Of a stretch of DNA of 37,860 nt, positions 21,648-30,975 are shown piece by piece. How positions within the stretch are numbered: the stretch's first letter is position 1; the number at the start of each line of letters is the position of its first letter. The notes under the pieces were generated by a model. It was not told the DNA's origin and searched no databases. It saw only the letters and a list, made by a program, of their open reading frames with translations. Origin of the DNA: Heptranchias perlo. Lineage: Eukaryota. The stretch lies in NCBI RefSeq assembly GCF_035084215.1, contig NW_027138693.1, positions 1 through 37,860 on the forward strand, written 5' to 3'. A program made the position numbers and the translations under genes.

Positions 21648-23178
21648 TTTTTTTTTTTTTTTATTCGTTCGCGGGATGTGGGCGTCGCTGGTGAGGCCGG
21701 CATTTATTGCCCATCCCGAATTGCCCTTGAGAAGGTGGTGGTGAGCCGCCTTCTTGAACCACTGCAGTCCGTGTGGTGACGGTTCTCCCACAGTGCTGTT
21801 CGGAAGGGAGTTCCAGGATTTTGACCCAGCGACGATGAAGGAACGGCGATATATTTCCAAGTCGGGATGGTGTGTGACTTGGAGGGGAACGTGCAGGTGG
21901 TGTTGTTCCCATGCGCCTGCTGCTCTTGTCCTTCTAGGTGGTAGAGGTCGCGGGTTTGGGAGGTGCTGTCGAAGAAGCCTTGGCGAGTTGCTGCAGTGCA
22001 TCCTGTGGATGGTACACACTGCAGCCACAGTGCGCCGGTGGTGAAGGGAGTGAATGTTTAGGGTGGTGGATGGGGTGCCAATCAAGCGGGCTGCTTTATC
22101 TTGGATGGTGTCGAGCTTCTTGACTGTTGGAGCTGCACTCATCCAGGCAAGTGGAGAGTATTCCATCACACTCCTGACTTGTGCCTTGTAGATGGTAGAA
22201 AGGCTTTGCGGAGTCAGGAGGTGAGTCACTCGCCGCAGAATACCCAGCCTCTGACCTGCTCTCGTAGCCACAGTATTTATATGGCTGGTCCAGTTCAGTT
22301 TCTGGTCAATGGTGACTCCCAGGATGTTGATGGTGGGGGATTCGGCGATGGTAATGCCGTTGAATGTCAAGGGGAGGTGGTTAGACTTTCTCTTGTTGGA
22401 GATGGTCATTGCCTGGCACTTATCTGGCGCGAATGTTACTTGCCACTTATGAGCCCAAGCCTGGATGTTGTCCAGGTCTTGCTGCATGCGGGCTCGGACT
22501 GCTTCATTATCTGAGGGGTTGCGAATGGAACTGAACACTGTGCAGTCATCAGCGAACATCCCCATTTCTGACCTTATGATGGAGGGAAGGTCATTGATGA
22601 AGCAGCTGAAGATGGTTGGGCCGAGGACACTGCCCTGAGGAACTCCTGCAGCAATGCCCTGGGGCTGAGATGATTGGCCTCCAACAACCACTCCGATCTT
22701 CCTTTGTGCTAGGTATGACTCCAGCCACTGGAGAGTTTTCCCCCCGATTCCCATGGACTTCAATTTTACTAGGGCTCCTTGGTGCCACACTCGGTCAAAT
22801 GCTGCCTTGATGTCAAGGGCAGTCACTCTCACCTCACCTCTGGAATTCAGCTCTTTTGTCCATGTTTGGACCAAGGCTGTAATGAGGTCTGGAGCCGAGT
22901 GGTCCTGGCGGAACCCAAACTGAGCATCGGTGAGCAGGTTATTTGTGAGTAAGTGCCGCTTGATAGCACTGTCGACGACACCTTCCATCACTTTGCTGAT
23001 GATTGAGAGTAGACTGATGGGGCGGTAATTGGCCGGATTGGATTTGTCCTGCTTTTTGTGGACAGGACATACCTGGGCAATTTCCCACATTGTCGGGTAG
23101 ATGCCAGTGTTGTAGCTGTACTGGAACAGCTTGGCTAGAGGCGCAGCTAGTTCTGGAGCACAAGTCTTCAGCACTACA
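21648..23178 (-). mobile_element. 5'-truncated non-LTR retrotransposon (CR1/Jockey-group LINE) with RT domain, 3' end and poly(A) tail
   Basis: ORF 21582-23174: [43 protein letters not shown]15 tract at 21648-21662 is the minus-strand poly(A), preceded by GAACGAAT. Confidence 0.95.
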
Positions 23179-23325
23179 CTTCAGCACTACACCTTCCATA
23201 GAAAGGCCGTATCACCCATCACTATACTTCCACCAGCCGACTCTGAGACTGTGCTGGGGATTCATCACTTGTGGAGGGGACTAGTAATGACTTTGGACTG
23301 ATGGGTAATTCCAATAGCTGCAGAC

Positions 23326-23390
23326 AAGCAACAACTTGTATTTATAAAGTGCCTTTAATGGAGAGAAACGTCCCAAAGTGCTTCCCAGGA
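23326..23390 (-). mobile_element. Possible L2/SINE-type 3' tail remnant
   Basis: caacaacttgtatttataaagtgcctttaa...aaacgtcccaaagtgcttc resembles the reverse complement of L2-type 3' ends. Recognised from memory only. Confidence 0.4.
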
Positions 23391-23564
23391 GTGGAATCAA
23401 AGTCACGCTGAACTTTCTAACCTCCAACTTGCTCTGATCAGACTGCCCATCACATCGCAGACTCGAATCGAACTCAGTCTCAGGCACAGCTTTGGTCTCA
23501 TTACTTCCTAATCAGCAGCGACTGTCGTTATTCATTTCTCTCCTCCTCCTTATTCCCCCCACAG

Positions 23565-23690
23565 ATGGGACGTTCCGAGTGACTCCGGGATCTTCAGAGG
23601 GACCGAATCTGGGTTTAATTGTTGGAATTGTTCTTGCTGCCGTCGCCCTGATTGCTCTCGTCATTGGTGCCGTTGTCTGGAAGAAGAGAG
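23565..23690 (+). CDS. MHC class I connecting peptide plus transmembrane exon; 126 bp, phase 1-1
   Basis: Long polypyrimidine tract then cAG (23563-64), donor G|GTAGGA (23691). Spliced to alpha3 it reads W-D-GTFRVTPGSSEGPNLGLIVGIVLAAVALIALVIGAVVW-KKR: a roughly 24-aa hydrophobic helix followed by a basic stop-transfer motif. Confidence 0.94.
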
Positions 23691-23814
23691 GTAGGAAATG
23701 AGGACAGGATCTGTCCCACACGGGGATGAGCAGGTTCAAATGTTACAGCACAAATGGCAGAACATTAGAGACTTCCCATCGACATGTGGGAAACTCCGAC
23801 ACAGTCCAGTGATG

Positions 23815-24323
23815 GACAGGGACCCGTACAGGGAGTGAAGGGACCGGGGCCCCGTACAGGGAGTGAAGGGACTGGGGCCCCGTACAGGGAGTGAAGGGAC
23901 CGGGGCCCCGTACAGGGAGTGAAGGGACCGGGGCCCCGTACGGGGAGTGAAGGGACCGGGGCCCCGTACAGGGAGTGAAGGGACCGGGGCCCCGTACAGG
24001 GAGTGAAGGGACCGGGGCCCCGTACGGGGAGTGAAGGGACCGGGGGCCCCGTACAGGGAGTGAAGGGACCGGGGCCCCGTACGGGGAGTGAAGGGACCGG
24101 GGCCCCGTACGGGGAGTGAAGGGACCGGGGCCCCGTACGGGGAGTGAAGGGACCGGGGCCCCGTACGGGGAGTGAAGGGACCGGGGCCCCGTACGGGGAG
24201 TGAAGGGACCGGGGCCCCGTACGGGGAGTGAAGGGACCGGGGCCCCGTACGGGGAGTGAAGGGACCGGGGCCCCGTACAGGGAGTGAAGGGACTGGGCCT
24301 GATTGGGGAGTGAAGGGACCGGG
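23815..24323. repeat. 28-bp GC/CpG-rich minisatellite, about 18 copies: GGGACCGGGGCCCCGTAC[A/G]GGGAGTGAA
   Basis: Period of 28 checked (CCCGTAC at 23823 and 23851). Contains the palindromes CGGGGCCCCG and, in G-variant units, CCCCGTACGGGG. Confidence 0.97.
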
Positions 24324-24492
24324 TGAAGAGAGGATATTGTCCGATGCCTGTTTCTCAGTGAGCCTCCTGTGAGTGCCCACAGGGAAATCTGGTCATTGCC
24401 CCTGTTTCTGGAGTAAGTTTGTGTCGGCGAGGGGCTGTGCTGATCGAGGAGCTGTTTGTAACTGAAGTTCCGTCTGTTTCTGTCTCTTGTAG

Positions 24493-24528
24493 GAGGAGAG
24501 AAAAAATCTGGTTACAGCCCAGCAAATC
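24493..24528 (+). CDS. MHC class I cytoplasmic exon 1 (36 bp): (G)GEKKSGYSPAN
   Basis: Acceptor ttctgtctcttgtAG (24491-92), strong donor C|GTAAGT (24529). Phase 1-1, in frame with the TM exon. GYSPA matches the conserved class I Y-x-x-A motif (HLA SYSQA). Confidence 0.9.
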
Positions 24529-24564
24529 GTAAGTGTGCAAATAGTGCAAGGGTGGGTGTATCTA

Positions 24565-25149
24565 TGTGGGTCTCTGTCTGTCTGTGTGTGTCTCGGTGTG
24601 TGTGCGTCTCCGTGTGTGTCTCTCTGTGCATCTTTATCTATGTGTGTGTGTGTCCCTCTCTCTCTCTCTCTGAGTGTGCGTCTCTCTCTGTGCGTCTCTC
24701 TCTCTCTCTCTGAGTGTGTGTCTCTCTCTGTGTGTGTCTCTCTCTGTCTCTCTCTCTCTCTGATTGTGTGTCTCTGCCTGCCTCTCTCTCTCTTTGTGCC
24801 CCTCTCTCTCTTTGTGCCCCTCTCTCTCTGCGTGCGCCTCTCTCTCTCTCTCTGCGTGCGCCTCTCTCTCTCTGCGTGCGCCTCTCTCTCTCTCTGCGTG
24901 CGCCTCTCTCTCTCTCTCTGCGTGCGCCTCTCTTTCTCTCTGTGTGCGCTTCTCTCTCTATCTGCGTCCGCGTCTCTCTGCGCACATGTCTCTCTGCGTG
25001 CACCTCTTTCTGCCTCTCTCTGTGCCTCTCTCTTTCTCTACCTCTCTCTGTCTGTGTGAGTCTCTCTCTCTGCCTCTCTCTTTCTCTCTCTCCTTCTCTC
25101 TCTGTCTCTCTCTCTCCCCCTCCCTCTCTGTCTTTCTTTATCTCTCACT
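24565..25149. repeat. Compound (CT)n/(TG)n/(CG)-interrupted microsatellite, ending at an assembly gap
   Basis: Low-complexity TCTCTC/TGTGTG/GCGTGCGCC runs. Confidence 0.95.
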
Positions 25150-25291
25150 NNNNNNNNNNNNNNNNNNNNNNNNNNNNNNNNNNNNNNNNNNNNNNNNNNN
25201 NNNNNNNNNNNNNNNNNNNNNNNNNNNNNNNNNNNNNNNNNNNNNNNNNNNNNNNNNNNNNNNNNNNNNNNNNNNNNNNNNNNNNNNNNNN
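25150..25291. other. Assembly gap (142 N)
   Basis: Run of N bases. Confidence 1.
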
Positions 25292-25335
25292 GTGTTCTAC
25301 AATGTCTGTTTGACAGAAATCTTTTCTTTTCACAG

Positions 25336-25382
25336 CTGCTGAAAGAGGAGAATCGTCCTCGAACTCATCAGCCCGAGCCTGA
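25336..25382 (+). CDS. MHC class I cytoplasmic exon 2 with stop: (P)AERGESSSNSSARA*
   Basis: Acceptor cttttcttttcacAG (25334-35), in frame after the 36-bp exon. Ser-rich tail, TGA at 25380-25382, then G|GTACGA donor at 25384. That gives a 48-bp exon, the same length as HLA exon 7. Confidence 0.88.
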
Positions 25383-25598
25383 GGTACGAAGTCAATCACT
25401 TGAGTTTAACAGCAGCTGAACGAGCAGCAAACCAGGTTGTGAAGAGCAGCAACTGTGGGCTCAGGGGGTCGGGAGGGAGCTGCTTATATCTGACTGGACT
25501 GAGTCTCCTCACTGGAACGCTGCTTTTTCACTTAACGTTTGTAGAGATTTCTCACTGAGTGAAACCCTGATTCCATAACACAGTCTGTAAAAGACAGA

Positions 25599-26199
25599 GG
25601 GGTAAAAATTGGATCAGGCCTATTATTGGGCGCGGGTAGCGCGATCCGATATTAACCCGAGCCCGATGGCCCCTGTGCAGGCAGGACGAGACAATCGTCC
25701 GGCCTCAGTCCTCACCTTCAGGCAGCGTTGGAAATCAGCGTTGACACAAGGATTCATTGCAATTCGCACTTTACCCTGCAGGGGGAGCCCCAATCTCTTA
25801 AAGGGAGGATGTCTCTTAAACTCTCTTAAAGGTAGCCAGTACCTGTTATTTGTTGAAAATGACATCTGCTGTCTGCTCGGAATCTGAATGGACATCAGAC
25901 ATTGCACACGTAAAACACAGATGCGGGTCCCCTCCCTATGTTTAAAAACTGCTGAGTGACGTTAACAGATTGAATTAAGGTTGCGCACTACTAAATCCCA
26001 CGCTGATTGTATCCATTTTCTCCTTACTTTAAATGCTGCCGGCGTTCGATATTTGCGCCTGCGCTAATACCCATACCAAGGTGGCGTCCGGCACACGTCA
26101 CGCTGGAAACGTGCGTGCGCAGCCAAGGCGCCATCTTGTCACTTCAGGAGGCCGTGTCACGCTGAAACAACGTGCGCGACACGGCCCAATTTCCAGCCC
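25599..26199. mobile_element. Possible non-autonomous DNA transposon/MITE of about 600 bp, Harbinger-like ends
   Basis: Imperfect TIRs: GGGGTAAAAATTGG (25599-612) versus reverse complement of 26186-199, GGGCTGGAAATTGG (11/14 match). Subterminal regions are CpG-rich and the interior is non-coding. The TSD is not clean (AGA/ACA). Confidence 0.45.
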
Positions 26200-27014
26200 A
26201 CAACCCCCAGGGGTGAAGTGGAATTCCTTTGACAGTCACGGTCCACCATTGATCAACTGGGGTTTAATACATCGCAGATCTGGCAATACGAGCTTTTTTT
26301 GTGGGAAGGAAGAGTTTTTTTGAACCCATCATCAGTGTGAATCAGGCCCAGGTGAGGTCAGGGAGAGAGTAAAGCTTCTCTCTGACCCCAGGAATCACCT
26401 GGTGACCTCTTGTTCTATTAAAGGTGCCTGAGCTGCTGCAGCATCCACTTCCCTTCAGCTAACAAACTGAAGGTCCAATCGTTCTGGGCCATCGTCAGGC
26501 CGAGGCTTTAAGTGAATATGTTGGGGGAGTGAGGAGGGAATTCCAGACGTCTGGCTGGGTTGTGGAGGTTAATATTCCTGGCAGCAGTGGAATGAATTAA
26601 TTTAAACAGGGAGAACTGGAGGTTTCGAAACCAGGACTGGTGAGCAACAAACTTCTGGGTCCCGTCAGCTGCTCAGTGAGACCCTGCAGCTGTTTAATAT
26701 ACTGGAGGATGGAATCTGTCACCTTGAGAGGGGGAGCTGGTTGTGCTGAGGATTTGAGGATGGGGATTATACCTCACCTAGGACCCTGGGCCTTAGACTG
26801 ACCCATTGTGCAGTGTACCTTGTGACACTATGCTGGAACACTCGGTCTTCTCTGAGATCTGGTGCTCCTGGAGAGGTTTGATGGGAAGGATTGTGTCCTG
26901 GGCTGGGCTGGCCGTGTTCACTCACATTGCTGCAATCTTTACTTGTGTCTGTAGGGGGCCTGTCCCGTGGCACCTGGAACGGCCACCAATGGTGGGGTGA
27001 AGGGAGTGGGAGGT

Positions 27015-27520
27015 GGACAAGAGGCCAGAATTGGAGGAACGCAGAGATCTCGGAGGGTTGTAGGGCTGGAGGAGGTTACAGAGATAGGGAGGGGGCGAGG
27101 GCCATGGAGGGATTTGAAAACAAGGATGAGAATTTTAAAATCGAGGCGTTCCCGGACCGGGAGCCAGTGTAGGTCAGTGAGCACAGGGGGTGCTGGGAGA
27201 ACGGGACTTGGTGAGAGTTAGGATACGGGAGCAGAGTTTTGGATGAATTCAAGTTTATGGAGGGTGGAAGATGGGAGGCCGGCCAGGAGAGCATTGGAAT
27301 AGTCCAGTCTGGAGGTAACAAAGGCACGGATGAGGGTTTCAGCAGCAGATGAGCTGAGGGAGGGGTGGAGACGGGCGATGTTACGGAGGGGGAAGTAGGC
27401 GGTCTTGGTGATGGAGCGGATATGGGGTCAGAAGCTCATCTCAGGGTCAAATAGGACCCCAAGGTTGTGAACGGTCTGGTTCAGCCTCAGACAGTGGCCA
27501 GGGAGAGGGATGGAGTCGGG
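27015..27520 (-). mobile_element. L2-clade LINE ORF2 C-terminal fragment
   Basis: Minus strand gives LTDLHWLPVRERLDFKILILVFKSLHG and upstream [13 protein letters not shown], both typical L2 ORF2 motifs. Frameshifted. Confidence 0.88.
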
Positions 27521-27618
27521 GGTCTGGGGAACGGAGTTTCTATATCGATCTCTCTCAGTCCCACCTCCTGTACTGGGTGTGAGCCTCCCTGTGAATCTGT
27601 CTCTGTTCCATTCCCCAG

Positions 27619-27940
27619 GCTGATCCTGAGTGAAGTTGATTGGATCCAGAATCTGGATGTTCGGTGTCGCTGGGAGGATTGATTGAGAAACGATCGGGGA
27701 TTGTTAATCGCAATTAGTTTTGATTGATTGTCACTGGCTGCTCTCGCTGTTTTTTGACTGTATTCTGTAATGTTTCCATCATTGAGATGATTTTTGGCTT
27801 TTTTTCTTGGTGATTTGATCGAAATCTCCAGTTGTGTGTTTTGCCATTGAATGTTAAATGAGATGTTTTTAATTGCAGTCGTTGCCTGTGTTCCTGTCGA
27901 TGGGAAATGTTCATTAAACTGATTCAGGGAGAGGTCAGCG
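27619..27940 (+). other. Probable non-coding last (3'UTR) exon of the class I gene
   Basis: Acceptor tctgtctctgttccattccccAG (27617-18), followed by U/GU-rich sequence with ATTAAA at 27913-27918 (alternative AATAAA at 28244-28249). Would pair with the donor at 25384. Confidence 0.5.
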
Positions 27941-29554
27941 GGCCGCTGATTAGTCCCAGATCAGTGCCTCCGTCTCCAACCTCTTCCCCTCGGCAAGGGT
28001 GAAATGTTTTGATTCTCTGCTCAGTTGAAGTTTCTGTTCTTCCCGCCCGTATTGATTGGTGTCTGAAGTGGGCCCTGTGTCTCCCTGGGACTGCGGTTTG
28101 TTAAAGGGAAGGAGCAGCTTCAGGTCTCTGAACCCAGCCAGGCTGTTACTGGCCTGCTGTGTGGGACTAGGGTGGGCAATGGAAATGTTTGGGATTGCAC
28201 TCTGCACCACTCTACTTACTGGCTTCAATTTATACCTGTGGATAATAAAAGCTCTCGCTCTCCAAACTGCAGCTGTGTGTTCACTCTGTCCAGGACCAGA
28301 CCCTGGAACAGAGAGTACCAGGGACACCGGGAACAACTAGATCAGGGGGTGACTCTTAAACCATTACCCTGACCCCCCTTGACCAGTACAATACTAGTCA
28401 GTGACTTACCAGAGCAGCCAGTAACTCAAACTGACCATCACCATCCCACCTGGATAAAAGTTACATGTCCACCCTGAACTCTGTCACTGCTTTCCCATCC
28501 CAGTGCTCCCCCTCTGCTGCCTCTGGGAGATCTTGTCTGTCCCTCCTGCTCTCGTGTCTAGAGTCGGCCAGTGGGCTGGTTACACTATCAGCTGATTGAG
28601 AAAGCACAAGGGGCAGCTTAGCCCTGCTGCCATAGGGTGCCCTCTGAATGTATCTGCAGTGACTGGACAGTGGCCTTACTTACCCTGCCAACCTGAGACC
28701 ACATATCACTGGCTCACTGTGGAACTCACCACATGTCCACTGGCTCCTGGCACTGCCTCTGAACTCAGGGAACGCAGTTACAATAGTCCTTGAAAGATCG
28801 GGAAAGCCAGAGCCAAGAGCTGTCTCCAACCTGTCAGCAACTTAGGAACCACCTTTGGAGACAGCCCTCTTGATTTAGTTGTCCAGGGCCTCCATGGCAG
28901 CAGTGTGGGATGCCAGGCAGCAGCCTGCTCCTGGTCTAGGGCCCTCTTCCTTGGGAGCATCCTGTGCAGGCCTGCTTGGAGTGGCCACACGGCCCATGGA
29001 GGCCTGCAGTGATTTGAAACTCTCCCTCATGGTCAGACCTGTTGTCACCCATGGACTACAGCTGGCCTGAAAGGAGCCGTGTATGGCCGGAGACTCCGAC
29101 ACGCCACCTGTCTGCCCTGTGAGTGGACGCTCAGCGCTCCAGGTCCAGAGTCCACTTGTTGGTGTTTTTTGTAAATCCACATTTTCTGTGGGAAAGGTGA
29201 GTCACTGGAGCTTCAGTGCTCCTGCTCATGTGTTGCATGGTTCCTCCAATGAGCAAGACAACATCGTATCTTCATCAACATCACCTCCCTTCTCCACCTT
29301 ATTTCCTTGTGATTATGTAAATGGAGTAAGTTCTCAGAGCAGAGAATGTTCATTCATTCAAATACACATCAGATCGATTTCTTTCAGAACTGAATATTTT
29401 GGGATACAGTAAATGAGTAATTTGAGACATGACGTTCGAGTAAGAGGCTGGGGAGGAACAGGTGACTTTGGACCTCTGGTTCCCAAATCTCTCCACCACT
29501 GGGGGTTTTCCTCACCTCATCAGTGGGTCTGTTGTAGACACATTGATGGAGATT

Positions 29555-30078
29555 GACTGGGGGGCAGGAATGGCAGCTCAACGTTCCTGGATACAGGGTT
29601 TTTAGACGAGATAGAGAGGGGGATAAAAAAGGAGGGGGGGTGGGCAATATTGGTTAAAGAAACAATTACGGCCGTGAGGAGGGATGATATGTTCAAAGGA
29701 TCATCAAATGAGGTCACATGGGTTGAGCAAAGGAACAAAAAAAGGGGCAGTCCCACTGCTGGGAGTGAACGATAGACCCCCAAACAGTCAGAGGGAGAGA
29801 GAAGAGCAAATATGGAGGCAAATTTCTGAAAAGTGCAAAAACAATGGGGCAGTAATAGTGGGGGATTTCAACGCCCCTGATATTAACTGGGATAGAATCA
29901 GTGTAAAAGGTATGGAGGGTGCAGAATTCATAAATTACATTCAGGAGAACTTTTTTATCCAGTCCGTAGCAAGCCCAACAAGAGGGGGCGGGGGGTCAGT
30001 TCTGGATTTAGTTTTCGGGAATAAAGCTGGGCAGTGGAAGGAGGATCAGTGGGAGAGCATTTTGCTGGGAGTGATCAT
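29555..30078 (+). mobile_element. CR1 LINE ORF2 5' part (APE endonuclease), interrupted by the Harbinger insertion
   Basis: WQLNVPGYRVFRRDR...GGG, RPPNSQRE, VIVGDFNAPDINW, LDLVF and SDH endonuclease motifs. The sequence resumes at 33768 (CAT AATTCAGTTAGATTT = H-N-S-V-R-F). Confidence 0.9.
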
Positions 30079-30610
30079 GGGGCCGATTTTCAGATGGCCG
30101 AGCGGCGGCATTGGGGGCGGGGGGCTCCTAAAATGGCGGAATCTCGGAGCAGTTTCGGAGCCCAGCTCCAACCCGCTGACTTCCGGGTTCCCCAGTGACG
30201 TGTTCGGGTGCGCGCGCAGCTCCCGAATGTGGGACTCCCACCGGCAATTAAAGCCGGCGGGATGCTGCTTTAGATCGTCAGATACTTGAGGTACTTGACA
30301 GACCTCATTGAGTGGAGATTTTGGCAGGGGTGCAATTTTGAAGGATCCTCAGCGTGTTTCCCGTGCTGTGGGAAACACTCCCTCTTGGAGCAGACGTGTT
30401 TCACTCAGCAGCCAGTGGGAGATGCAAAGGATTATTTGACAGGTGGGGGGAAAACCTCATTTATTGCAGCAGGGCACTCTGTCACTTCAGACTAAGTTTT
30501 GTCTGCAACACCTTTGTCTTTCCACTCAAAATTATTAATTTAGACCCTAAACTCTGCTGTACAAACACATTTACCTACTTTGCGGACCCCCTCAAACTCA
30601 CACCGTCAGG

Positions 30611-30785
30611 ATGGGGGGCACCATGGCTGCATTCATCACTTCATCCGAGGACGGGCACCATCACCAGCCTCGCCAGGCACGCCGTCCACCTCCGCCACGT
30701 GGAGCTCCACAACACAGTGCTGCACCACACGCACCTGCACAAAATAGTCGTGGAACTACACATACACCCACTGTAGGGTCACCCA
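30611..30785 (+). pseudogene. Possible N-terminal remnant of the Harbinger transposase gene
   Basis: An ATG-started, Pro/His/Arg-rich ORF lies inside the left end, convergent with the Myb gene, and is followed by an AT-rich spacer with AATAAA (about 30925). No DDE core is visible, so the call rests on position only. Confidence 0.35.
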
Positions 30786-30975
30786 ATGGGTGGCATCAAG
30801 TGTGGGTGTTCATGGAGAACCTCATGAAAGGGACTTATTACACAAGCCAGTCAAGAATGGCCAAGACGTGGCAGTAGTGGTGACAATAATAATATTTAAT
30901 GTGAGTTTAACAAAAATGAAATATAAATAAAAAGCATGACAGTCTGTCAGACCCCCTTGTGCATCCCCTTCGTGC

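Noticed and set aside
23736-25399. ORFs over the 28-bp repeat, CT microsatellite and N gap
   Set aside because: Low-complexity and gap artefacts.
28056-28340. 94-aa hydrophobic ORF as a small membrane protein or a second TM exon
   Set aside because: Non-ATG start, no recognisable motif, and it lies beyond the class I stop codon.
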